Both the position numbers and the translations under genes were made by a program. Under the pieces are notes generated by a model. It saw only the letters and a list, made by a program, of their open reading frames with translations. It was not told the DNA's origin and searched no databases. A stretch of DNA of 49,197 nt from Chiloscyllium plagiosum (lineage: Eukaryota), in the NCBI RefSeq assembly GCF_004010195.1, contig NC_057719.1, positions 56,459,869-56,509,065 of the forward strand, given 5' to 3'. Below, in pieces: positions 1 to 8,790 of the stretch. The number at the start of each line of letters is the position of its first letter. The first letter of the stretch is position 1.

Positions 1-157
1 ACGCCCCTCCCCCAAGTCCCCCCTCCCTATCTTTTATCTTAGCCTGCTGGACACACTTTCCTCATTCCTGAAGAAGGGCTCATGCCCAAAACGTCGATTC
101 TCCTGCTCCTTGGATGCTGCTTGACCTGCTGCACTTTTTCCAGCAACACATTTTCAG
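1..157 (+). mobile_element. Penelope-like element terminus with mutated hammerhead
   Basis: Closely similar to 3029-3184. Hammerhead ATTC-CTGAAGA-A-GGGC..GCCC-AAAAC-GTC has GAAA changed to AAAA. Confidence 0.8.
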
Positions 158-159
158 CA

Positions 160-825
160 AGCATAATAGTAGGACAACATGAAGTACAGAGAATCAGAGG
201 GATCTTGGTGTGCATGTCCAACGATCTTTCCAGGCAGTAGAACAGGTAGATGGGGCAGTTTAGAAGGTATACGAGATATTTGCCTTTACCAGTCAAGGCA
301 CTGAATGCAAGAGCAAGGAAATTATGATGACCTGTATGTATCATTAGTTAAGTCACACCTGGAGTACTGTGCAGTGCTCTGTTCATTTCACTATAGGAAG
401 AATGTGACTGCAATAGGGAGTGTGCAAAGGAGATTCACCAAGATGTTGCCTGGGTTGGAGTGTTTCAGCTATGACGAGAAACTAGATGTGCTGGGGTTGT
501 TTTCCTTGGAGCAGAAAAAGCTGAAGGGGTGGGCGGCAAAGACCTGATCGGATTGTACAAAGTTATTAGCAGAATACATTGCGTAGAAGAAGACGTTAGA
601 ACTAGGGCCACAACAAGGAGCAGCAGGTACTTTTTTTTTCATCCAGAAAGTCACCCCTTAAAAGGGTGACAGAGGCAGGAACAATCAAGCGATTTAAAGT
701 GTGTTTGAAATACTATTTGAAATATCATCTTATTCAGGCCTAGAGGGAAATGGGATGACAGTAGATATATGTTTGATCACCTATGCGGACACGATAGGCT
801 GAAGGGTTTCTTTCCATGTTGTAAA
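160..825 (+). mobile_element. Decayed CR1 LINE 3' fragment
   Basis: Translates to LYVSLVKSHLEYC...VQRRFTKMLPGL...LGLFSLEQ, the CR1 ORF2 C-terminus, followed by a CR1-like 3' UTR. Confidence 0.85.
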
Positions 826-967
826 TTTAACACTTTATCTGAACATGCAGCTCCCCGAAAGGAACTCCGAATCTACTTGACAGAACTTACTGGAAATATT
901 CAACAGTATTCCTGGAGACAGACACAGAGCTAACATTTCGGATCTGTGGACTTGGGCACGAACTCAC

Positions 968-1058
968 GTTTCTGGGAGGCCACAACAGCCAAGCTATCCT
1001 TTAGCGTCCGTTTCCAGTCGCGAGACGGTGCCTCGGAATCGACCGCAGCAACCGCCAT
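968..1058 (-). CDS. PPP2R3C: PP2A regulatory subunit B'' gamma, first coding exon
   Basis: Reverse complement from ATG at 1058 reads MAVAAVDSEAPSRDWKRTLKDSLAVVASQK then phase-1 donor C|GTGAGT at 967. DWKRTLKDSLA resembles the human N-terminus MDWKEVLRRRLA. PPP2R3C is the known divergent neighbour of PRORP in human. Not in the ORF track. Confidence 0.85.
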
Positions 1059-1384
1059 CCTGGCTCCAGCACTTCCTTCCCGATTCTCTGACCCCTGACC
1101 CTATCACCCCGACCAATCCACGTCCTTGTGCTGTCACGAGGAGGGCGGAGCCTGGTGAAGGGGGTCGATTGAGGAGTGGGCGCGTGGCCTGACGGTTTGT
1201 GGCTTGAGCAACGTTTTCAGGTTTTTGTATGGCCTTCAAGACGATACATTTGGACGCTAATTAGCCCCGAAGGGCAACTGGTTGGGAGAGCACCATTTCC
1301 TTTTATATTGAAGCCATGTTGCAGAACGGAAGTGCCCCTTAGTCTGAGATTGCAGTGAGTAGCCCTTTGCCTTTACTGCTCATC
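1059..1384. promoter_or_regulatory. Compact bidirectional promoter/5' UTR region shared by PPP2R3C and PRORP
   Basis: CpG-rich stretch between two divergent ATGs. CCAAT 1113-1117, GC box GGGCGG 1143-1148, ETS/GABP-like CGGAAGTG 1327-1334 and GGAAGGAAGTG on - strand at ~1070-1080, YY1-like GATGGCGG overlapping the PPP2R3C start. Confidence 0.7.
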
Positions 1385-2355
1385 ATGTTGGTTCAGCCTC
1401 TCGGCAGCTTGGCACCCCATTTGCAGCGGGTCCTCTGCTCTCCCCGGGCACACCAAGCTGTGTGGAGGCTCTTCCCATATTGTGGTGTCCCGCAGCTACA
1501 CACTTCAAAGAATTTAATGTCGTCTGAGTTCAAACAGAGTGATGCGAACCAGAGGAAAACATCAAAAGCTCAACTAGAAAGAATTCCCCGTGCTGACATC
1601 GGCTCTTCGTTTTCTGTATTTACAGCTGGGGCAGCCAGAAAAAGAGCAGAGTCCGCAAAAAGCCAAATGGGCGTCGAATTGGCTGAGACCTCAACAGTGA
1701 CAAAAGTTGGAAAGTCGTTAGTTCCACTGAAGCCTTTAAATGTAGATGATTGGAAGAAATTGAAAACGGAATCGCCCAATAAAACTCGTTTTGAAGTAAG
1801 CATGATGGAAAAACTGCTGTCTGTTCGTGCTGATATTGATGTGGCTAAATCGCTTTTAGTTTTTGTTACAATGGAAAATGGTACTGTTGAGTATGAACTC
1901 CTTCTGAAGTATTTGGCACTGTGTGTCCAACAGCAGCATCTGACTGAGATACTTGATTTATATGGCATGATGAAAGCTAGATTCAAAATATTAGACATTG
2001 GAGCTTACAGCCTCTTCATCAGTGGTTTTAGCAAGACAGATCGTTGGAGGGAGGCTGTGATGTTTTTAGATTCAATTAAAAAAATGGTTACACCATCACC
2101 AAGAAATTATGGGGATATTGTTATTTCTGCACTCCAGCATAAAGAAGTAGAAACTGCATGGATGTTGTTTAAAGAAATGGAAAACAAAAACTTAAAACCA
2201 ACTGAGAACACATTGCAAACATTTTTTGATTATGGCAAGTCATTCTGTGATGATCAATATGAAAATAAGGTTATGTATATCCTCTTCTACCTGAGAGATA
2301 ATCAGATATACCCCGGCAAAGGTTTAATGCAAAGTATCCATTCATGGTTTGAAAG
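1385..2355 (+). CDS. PRORP: Mitochondrial RNase P catalytic subunit (MRPP3), first coding exon: targeting peptide and PPR domain
   Basis: First in-frame ATG at 1385 within ORF 1355..2359. Motifs VFTAGAARKR, IDVAKSLL, LLLKYLALCV, PPR-like YSLFISGFSKTDRWREA, PSPRNYGDI, YLRDNQIYPG, WFE match vertebrate PRORP. Phase-2 donor AG|GTAAAT at 2355/2356. Confidence 0.95.
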
Positions 2356-2681
2356 GTAAATATTTATTTACTATGTGTGCCATTTGATAAATTTTGATTT
2401 ATGTTTTAACACAATGCTATGAGTTACCCATCTAGGTTACATTTTTCTCGCCAACACTTATGGTTGTGAGGTAATTAGGACCAGTGTTTGCTTATTTATA
2501 GGATCCATCGTGTGCCATGTGTTGCATTTTATATTGGTTTCCTGGATTTCATGTCTTAAATGTTATTTTTGACAATTGGATCATATGAGGAGAAAGTGAG
2601 GTCTGCAGATGCTGGAGATCAAAGTTGAAACTTTATTGCTGGAACAGCACAGCAGGTCAGGCAGCATCCAGGGAACAGGAG

Positions 2682-2717
2682 ATTCGACGTTTCGGGCACA
2701 GGCCCTTCTTCAGGAAT
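2682..2717 (-). ncRNA. Minimal hammerhead ribozyme, inverted copy
   Basis: Exact reverse complement of 3092-3127. Confidence 0.8.
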
Positions 2718-3091
2718 GAGCAGAGAGTGTTCAGCAGGAGAAGATAAAAGGTAGGGAGGAGGGACTTGGAGGAGGGGAGTTGGAAATGTCTTCTTCTTGA
2801 CCTCTCCGCCTCCACGGGGTTGTGGGACTATGAGGTTGGAGGCGGTGGATGGGAGGTCCCCTGGGGTGATGAGTTTTTTCATCCCCCCTCCCCCCACCTT
2901 GTCTCAGCCGGGTCCCTCCCGCCCGGCACCGCCTTCCTGTCCTGCAGTCTTCTTCTTGTCCTCTCCGCCTCCATCCTACTCCGACCTATCACCCTCACCT
3001 TGACCTCTTTCCACCTATCACATTTCCAACGCCCCTCCTCCAAGTCCCTCCTCCCTACCTTTTATCTTCTCCTGCTGAACACTCTCTGCTC

Positions 3092-3127
3092 ATTCCTGAA
3101 GAAGGGCCTGTGCCCGAAACGTCGAAT
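3092..3127 (+). ncRNA. Minimal type I hammerhead ribozyme (PLE-type)
   Basis: ATTC / CTGAAGA / A / GGGC-CTGT-GCCC / GAAAC / GTC / GAAT: stem I ATTC:GAAT, intact core, palindromic ACGT helix III. Confidence 0.8.
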
Positions 3128-4056
3128 CTCCTGTTCCCTGGATGCTGCCTGACCTGCTGTGCCGTTCCAGCAATAAAGTTTCAAATTGGATCATATGGAA
3201 TATCTTCACAATTAATTGTTACTGTTGCCTTTTTGTAAGAAGAGGTGTCTGTTGTATCTTTTAGCTTACCAACCCATTTCAAAATTAGATCAACAACTGT
3301 GGTTATGAAAAGAAACTCTATCAACCTGTTTGTCTCCAGAGGCCTGTATACTAAACTACCCACAAGACCCTAACATTGTGATTATGCATATTTATTCCAT
3401 CTGTGTGATAGTGGCACACGAATGTGATCATTGAATCTGAGGTGGAGCTCGAGCCTAAATCGGTTTGTAACACCATCTAGCATTGCAATTATATATTGGT
3501 ACTGAAAAGTTGTTATTCTCATTGATTCATTCCATTAATTGGTTTGTTTGATTTATTGTGAAAAACCTTTTTTTTTGTGGGATGTTTGGCACTTAACTAA
3601 TTATTTATACTAATCAATCCTAAAACATCAAAATAAAATGTTGAAGCTCCATCAACATTGCTCAATTGGTGTCTGATGAAATGGGCTCCATTTAAAAATC
3701 ACTGCCTATTCGTTACTGCAAGTCCCCAATCTCAATAGTATTGTATCTGAATGCTTTCATATCAATTACCATAAAATGGCTTGACACAATTACATTGCTT
3801 GAAATGTGACTATTTGGTTGGCTACAAAGTGTAAGATATGTGCATCAGAGAATATCGCAGAGAGATACCAATTTCAACTACATCGATAATCGGTATATCA
3901 ACTTTGTTTGTATTGCAATGATCACTGGCATTTAAGCAAATATTAGGATAGCGCGAGCAAAATCTTTCTTGAGATGGCTATTTCACAATAAAAATCATTT
4001 TAAATTTAATATTTTTTTTAATATTGCTGTTAATATTTGTTACATCTTGATTTCAG

Positions 4057-4104
4057 CATCCCAGGCAAACAATGGGAAGGGCATGAAACGACTATATTGC
4101 ACAG
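4057..4104 (+). CDS. PRORP: PRORP second coding exon (48 bp)
   Basis: tttcag|C ATC CCA GGC AAA CAA TGG...CAC AG|gtatgt gives (S)IPGKQWEGHETTILH(S), like human SVPGKQWKGQFTTVRKS. Phases fit both neighbours. Confidence 0.93.
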
Positions 4105-4706
4105 GTATGTTTTTGTATTTGAAAATATTCAAAATATTCTTTTACCTTCTCAACTGTTTTAAATTAAACGTCTCAAGTATGTGCTGCTTATTCTTGTGAA
4201 ATTTTGTTTTAAAAAAATACAATTAAAAGAAAATTCCCAATATTTATGTAGTCTCAACTTTTTTTTTATTCCTGATCTAATACGAGTTATGATCTCAGCT
4301 GAGGTGAACTTGGATATTGTCATAATAACAAGATTGGTATTCTTATGTGGACCTAGGGAACTTTACCTATACAGGGTGTACAGCTAGAAAGATTAAAAAG
4401 GAAATAACAACAATAGACAACATACCCATTCTCAGCAAGCAAGTCATCTCCTGCAGTCGCCTTTTGTTTTTACCATTCCAGTGATTTTCTTTTTCCAAAC
4501 CAAAAGGTTAAAAACAAACTGCAATACTGGTCTTGGTGTGTTTGTGGCTCGATAATGCTAGTATGTGAACTAATGTTTCATGAAGATCACAGTTTGGGAA
4601 AGCCACCACATGCCCTAAATAGCAGATAATGAGCAGGAAATAATTCCCACTCTCACTTACTCATTCACTCACACTCTGGATGCAACTGGCTAGCCACTGT
4701 CATGTT

Positions 4707-4768
4707 CACTGTAGCATAGGAGGTTGAGGGGTGACCTTTATAGAGATGCTTAAAATCATGAGGGGCAT
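4707..4768 (+). mobile_element. CR1 fragment interrupted by the LTR
   Basis: aggaggttgaggggtgacc..tatagagatgcttaaaatcatgaggggcat matches the CR1 RRLRGDLIEVYKIMRG segment seen in other copies here. Confidence 0.65.
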
Positions 4769-4902
4769 TGAAATAACTGCATAGAGGCTGATATCCCATC
4801 ACCAAGTCACCCTTTATTAACTTGTGCACAATACACTGGCTGTAGCCAGCCAGCTCGGAGTTAGTCGCCTCAATTGAGGAGACCTAAATCTCTTGGTTAT
4901 AT
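4769..4902 (-). mobile_element. 3' part of a probable LTR (Gypsy-like)
   Basis: On - strand: TATAA (4897-4901), AATAAA ~80 bp downstream (4813-4818), terminal TTTCA at 4769. The 5' part is not visible. Confidence 0.55.
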
Positions 4903-5359
4903 CTCTCGTGTGCAGGTGCAACATACAGTGAAAAACACCAAGTGAAAATAACTTTATTAAAATTCGACCACCAGAAAAGAAACCCATGTGACTAATGAAC
5001 CAGTGACAAACAAAGTCCACAACGAGTTAAGCTTACATGTGAAGAGGGGAGGCTACAGACTAAATCAAAATAGAATTGGAGGGGGAAATAAACTTCATTC
5101 CCTGAGTAACCCACCTCTCCAAGTGTATTGGTAGACACTAGTGTGCTCCGTCTCCAGGGACACCCAGACCTGAACATGTCTGTGGTAGACAGGAAGGTGG
5201 TCGGCCATAACAACCCACCATTTTCCCCCCCCCCTCCCCTCCCAAAATCCCTTCTCCATGGGCTGCTGCCCTGGACATGTTAATGGCCAGCCTGGCCAGA
5301 CCTCGGAGCAGACCCACGAGTAGATCCTGTGACCTGCCCTCTCCCCTCTGTAGCAGGTG
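4903..5359 (-). mobile_element. Tx1-like 3'-end retrocopy, family A copy 1
   Basis: Homologous to 5375-5812 and 7188-7689. Flanked by a 15-bp direct repeat ATCTCTTGGTTATAT (4888-4902, 5360-5374). Confidence 0.7.
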
Positions 5360-5374
5360 ATCTCTTGGTTATAT

Positions 5375-5812
5375 TTTTTTCCTTTTTTCTTTTTGTGTTT
5401 TTGCACGCAGTGAAGAAACGACAGTGCAGAAAATGTTACTCGTGTTCTGACACCAGGAAGAGAAAGCACCCAAGTGGCCAGTGACAAGTAGTGCTCTTTA
5501 GCGGCAATGTCCATATGATCGGAAAAGTAAAGGGAAGGGTAGGGATTAAATCAAAATAGAATCAGAGGGGGAAATAAAACACTTCACACCTCGCGGTGCC
5601 CACCTCTCCATGAAGACCTCTAGGGTATTGATAGACACCACGTGCTCCTTCTCCAGGGACACTTTGGCCCAAACCTAACCACAGAATAGGGGCAGGCAAT
5701 CGGCCATAACGACTCCCTCCATGGCCCGCTGCCTGGACCTGTTTATGGCCAGGCCTAGGAGCAGACCCACCAGGAGATCCGCTGACCTGCCCTCTCCCTT
5801 CTGCACTGGGTG
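5375..5812 (-). mobile_element. Tx1-like 3'-end retrocopy, family A copy 2
   Basis: Same 5' start (CACC..AGGGCAGGTC) as copies 1 and 3, A-rich tail at 5375-5402. Confidence 0.7.
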
Positions 5813-5851
5813 ATCTCTTGGGGTTTTTTTTTAGGAGATTCTAATCTCCTT

Positions 5852-7173
5852 GTTGTGGTTCTGTTCGCCGAGCTGGAAGTTTTTGTTGCAAACGTTTCGT
5901 CCCCTGGCTAGGCGACATCATCAGTGCTTGGGAGCCTCCTGCGAAGCGCTTCTTTGATGTTTCCTCCGGTGTTTATAGTGGTCTGTCCCTGCCGCTTCCG
6001 GTTGTCAGTTTCAGCTGTCCGCTGTAGTGGCCGGTATATTGGGTCCAGGTCGATGTGTTTGTTGGAGTTTCAATGAGTACGGTAAGTTCATTCAAATGGA
6101 TTCCACGTACATCTTTGTTTAAGGAAAATCCCAGTGGATGTGTGCTTGAAACTGTTTGTGATAACTAAATCAAAGAAGGTACATCTTTATTTTAGAAATA
6201 CTCAGGCTTTCTAACATCACTTCCACCTGCATTTATAACTTTTTTTTCGTTCATGGCTATTTGCCTTTCTTTTACCCTCCCACCTATCCACAAAGTTTAA
6301 GATGGTGACGATCTCCTTCACACTTTGTGACACTTTTGATATGCATTCTGCCAAGTACTGCAAGCTCAGGACCAGGGGCGCCCCAATAGGAATCTCGATT
6401 ATCTGAACAGGATGGGCGGGCACCATTTTGTTCGGATAATTGATTATTCGGTTAATTGATTAAATGACTTTCCTCTGGGGCTTGGAGTTTTCTGTTGTGG
6501 TTCTGTTCGCCGAGCTTGAAGTTTTTGTTGCAAACGTTTCGTCCCCTGACTAGGCGACATATCAGTGCTTGGGAGCCTCCTTCGAAGCGCTTCTTTGGTG
6601 TTTCCTCCGGTGTTTATAGTGGTCTGTCCCTGCCGCTTCCGGTTGTCAGTTTCAGCTGTCCTCTTTAGTGGTTGGTATATTGGGTCCAGGTCGATGTGTT
6701 TGTTGATGGAGTTTGTGGATGAATGCCATGCCTCTAGGAATTCCCTGGCTGTTCTCTGTCTGGCTTGCCCTATGATAGTAGTGTTGTCCCAGTCGTATTC
6801 ATGTTGCTTGTTGTCTGCGTGTGTGTGAATTTGACTGGGACAACACTACTATCATAGGGCAAGCCAGACAGAGAACAGCCAGGGAATTCCTAGAGGCATG
6901 GCATTCATCCACAAACTCCATCAACAAACACATCGACCTGGACCCAATATACCAACCACTACAGCGGACAGCTGAAACTGACAACCGGAAGCGGCAGGGA
7001 CAGACCACTATAAACACCGGAGGAAACATCAAAGAAGCGCTTCGCAGGAGGCTCCCAAGCACTGATGATGTCGCCTAGCCAGGGGACGAAACGTTTGCAA
7101 CAAAAACTTCCAGCTCGGCGAACAGAACCACAACAATGAGCACCCGAGCTACAAATCTTCGCACAAACTTTGA
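5852..7173. mobile_element. Composite Penelope/Poseidon-type insertion with 14-bp TSD
   Basis: Three terminal copies (5852-6070 -, 6494-6822 -, 6826-7173 +). GIY-YIG C-terminal motif FDWDNTTIIGQARQRTAREFLEAWHS..SINKH. TSD ATTCTAATCTCCTT at 5838-5851 and 7174-7187. Confidence 0.85.
7059..7098 (+). ncRNA. Minimal hammerhead ribozyme (Poseidon-type family)
   Basis: GCA / CTGATGA / T / GTCGCCT-AGCC-AGGGGAC / GAAAC / GTT / TGC. Intact inverted copy at 5888-5927; copy at ~6530-6568 has a 1-nt core deletion. Confidence 0.75.
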
Positions 7174-7187
7174 ATTCTAATCTCCTT

Positions 7188-7689
7188 TTTATTCTTAAAT
7201 TCTATTTTTTTTCTCCACACTACCACTAACAGCGGTAGTGCTTATTTTTCCCCAGCACCCATGTTGCGTGTAGGTATAAGACACAGTGCATAAAACTTTT
7301 CATATTCCACCAGCAGGAAGAAAGAAAACACCCAAGTGGCCAGTGACAAGCAGTGCCCTTCTCAACAAGGGCAATGCTGGGTGATCAAAAATGTGGAGGG
7401 GTGGGGGTGCAGGGATTACAGCAAAATAGAGTTGGAGGGGGAAATAAAACACTTCACCGTGCAGTGCCTACCTTTACCTGAAAATCTCAAAGTTGTTGGT
7501 AGATGCCGTGTGCTCCTTCTCCAGGGATAACTGGGCCCACACATAACTGTGGAATAGGGGTAGGCAATCAGCCATAACAATCTTCTCCACTGCCCACTGC
7601 CTGGACCTGTTTATGGCCAGCCTGCCCAGGCCGAGGACCAGACCCACGAGAAGATCCTCTGACCTGCCCTCTCCACTCCAAACCGGGTG
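7188..7689 (-). mobile_element. Tx1-like 3'-end retrocopy, family A copy 3 (tail continues at 5824-5837, split by a PLE)
   Basis: Translates HPVWSGEGRSEDLLVGLVLGLGRLAINRSRQWAVEKIVMADCLPLFHSYVWAQLSLEKEH, resembling Tx1-clade ORF2 C-termini. Confidence 0.72.
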
Positions 7690-7705
7690 ATCACTTTGGT
7701 TATCT

Positions 7706-8394
7706 ATTGTTGACCATAACAAATGACAAATAAACAGTTAACATGAACAGCCATATACAAGAAACAGCAATATACAGGGGAAACAGGTGGCAAAGCCTGA
7801 CCACCCAAACCCCACCATACAACCAGTTCACAGTGAAAGGAGGGTAAGCTTGAGTCCCACCTTACATTATCAAGAAGGAAACAATGATCACAATCACATA
7901 CAGACAGTCCGATAAACCGAACAATAAAACCATACATCTATCATAGACACCGTACATCTATCATAGGCAACTCAGCAACCCCCTGTCCTTCCCACCTTCA
8001 GGCTGATCTCTTGGGTTTTTTTTATTTTATTAACCAGTACAAATTACAACCAAACCATGAACAGCAGTTTAGAAGAAACAGCAATTTATAGGGGAAAGGG
8101 GTGGCAAAGCCGGACCCCAAACCCCACTGTACGACAAGTTCACAGGGACAAGAGGACGAACCTTGAGTCCCACCTTATTTAAAAAGGAAACCATAAATGC
8201 AATCACACAGACAATCCGAGAAACCAGTGCATATATTCATAGACACCCCTGGCAACCCTGCCTTCTAACCAACCCCCCCCCAAAAAAAAACCTTCAGGCG
8301 GATCTCTTGGGTTTTTTTTTCTTTTTTTAATATTTTGTTAAATGGGTACAAGTTACAAACAAGCAATTCACATTAACAGCCGTATATAGGAAAC
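7706..8394 (-). mobile_element. Three tandem poly(A)-type retrocopies, family B (7706-8005, 8015-8301, partial 8311-8394)
   Basis: Mutually homologous (GGTGGCAAAGCC, TTGAGTCCCACCTT, AACAGCC.TATA). The two complete copies start C(A/C)GCCTGAAGGT on - strand; the outer two end in A-tracts. Tx1 affinity is inferred. Confidence 0.65.
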
Positions 8395-8790
8395 CGGAGA
8401 AAGTGAGGACTGCAAATGTTGGAGATCAGAATCAAGAGTGTGGTGCTGCCACAGTAGGTCAGGCAGCATCCAAAGAGCAGGAGTTTCGATGTTTCGGGCG
8501 TAAGCCCTTCATCAGGAATGAGGGTGGAGTGGATAGATGGGAAAGGTGATGGACAGGTCGAGAGGGTGGTGCCAAGTTGGAAGCTTGGGACTGGGATAAT
8601 GTGGGGGCAAGGGGAAATGAGGAATGAGGTGAAATCGACATTGATCCCTTGTGGTTCCAGGGTCCCAAAGCAACACGCATTGTGACCTTGAACATTTCTT
8701 CCATTGCCTCTGGGCTCACGTTTTCAATCAAGACTCCTGCCCACCCACCAAGGACCCCTTCTCCCACCTCCAACACACCCCATCCATCTA
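8395..8790 (-). mobile_element. Penelope-like (Neptune-type) terminal fragment
   Basis: ggagaaagtgaggactgca..aggtcaggcagcatcc..gtttcgggcgtaagcccttcatcaggaat; same family as 2588-3183; hammerhead-like motif at ~8484-8519. Confidence 0.75.

Larger units (their letters stand above)
2588..3183. mobile_element. Short Penelope-like (Neptune-type) insertion with inverted termini and 14-bp TSD
   Basis: Inverted arms ~2625-2789 and ~3020-3184, left arm with a ~37-nt extension. TSD AATTGGATCATATG at 2574-2587 and 3184-3197. Confidence 0.88.

Noticed and set aside
1355..1384. ORF-track start at GTG 1355 and stop at 2359 for PRORP
   Set aside because: Eukaryotic gene: the first ATG is 1385 and the frame leaves by splicing at 2355; the TAA is intronic.
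1570..1998. 142-aa antisense ORF over the PRORP exon
   Set aside because: Shadow of the coding strand with no recognisable motif.
6565..7062. Two near-identical 87-aa ORFs on opposite strands
   Set aside because: Antisense readings of the PLE palindrome, not genes.
4888..8310. Repeat-spacer pattern suggestive of a CRISPR array
   Set aside because: Motif is only 9-15 bp, spacers are 300-500 bp homologous retrocopies, the context is eukaryotic and there are no cas genes.
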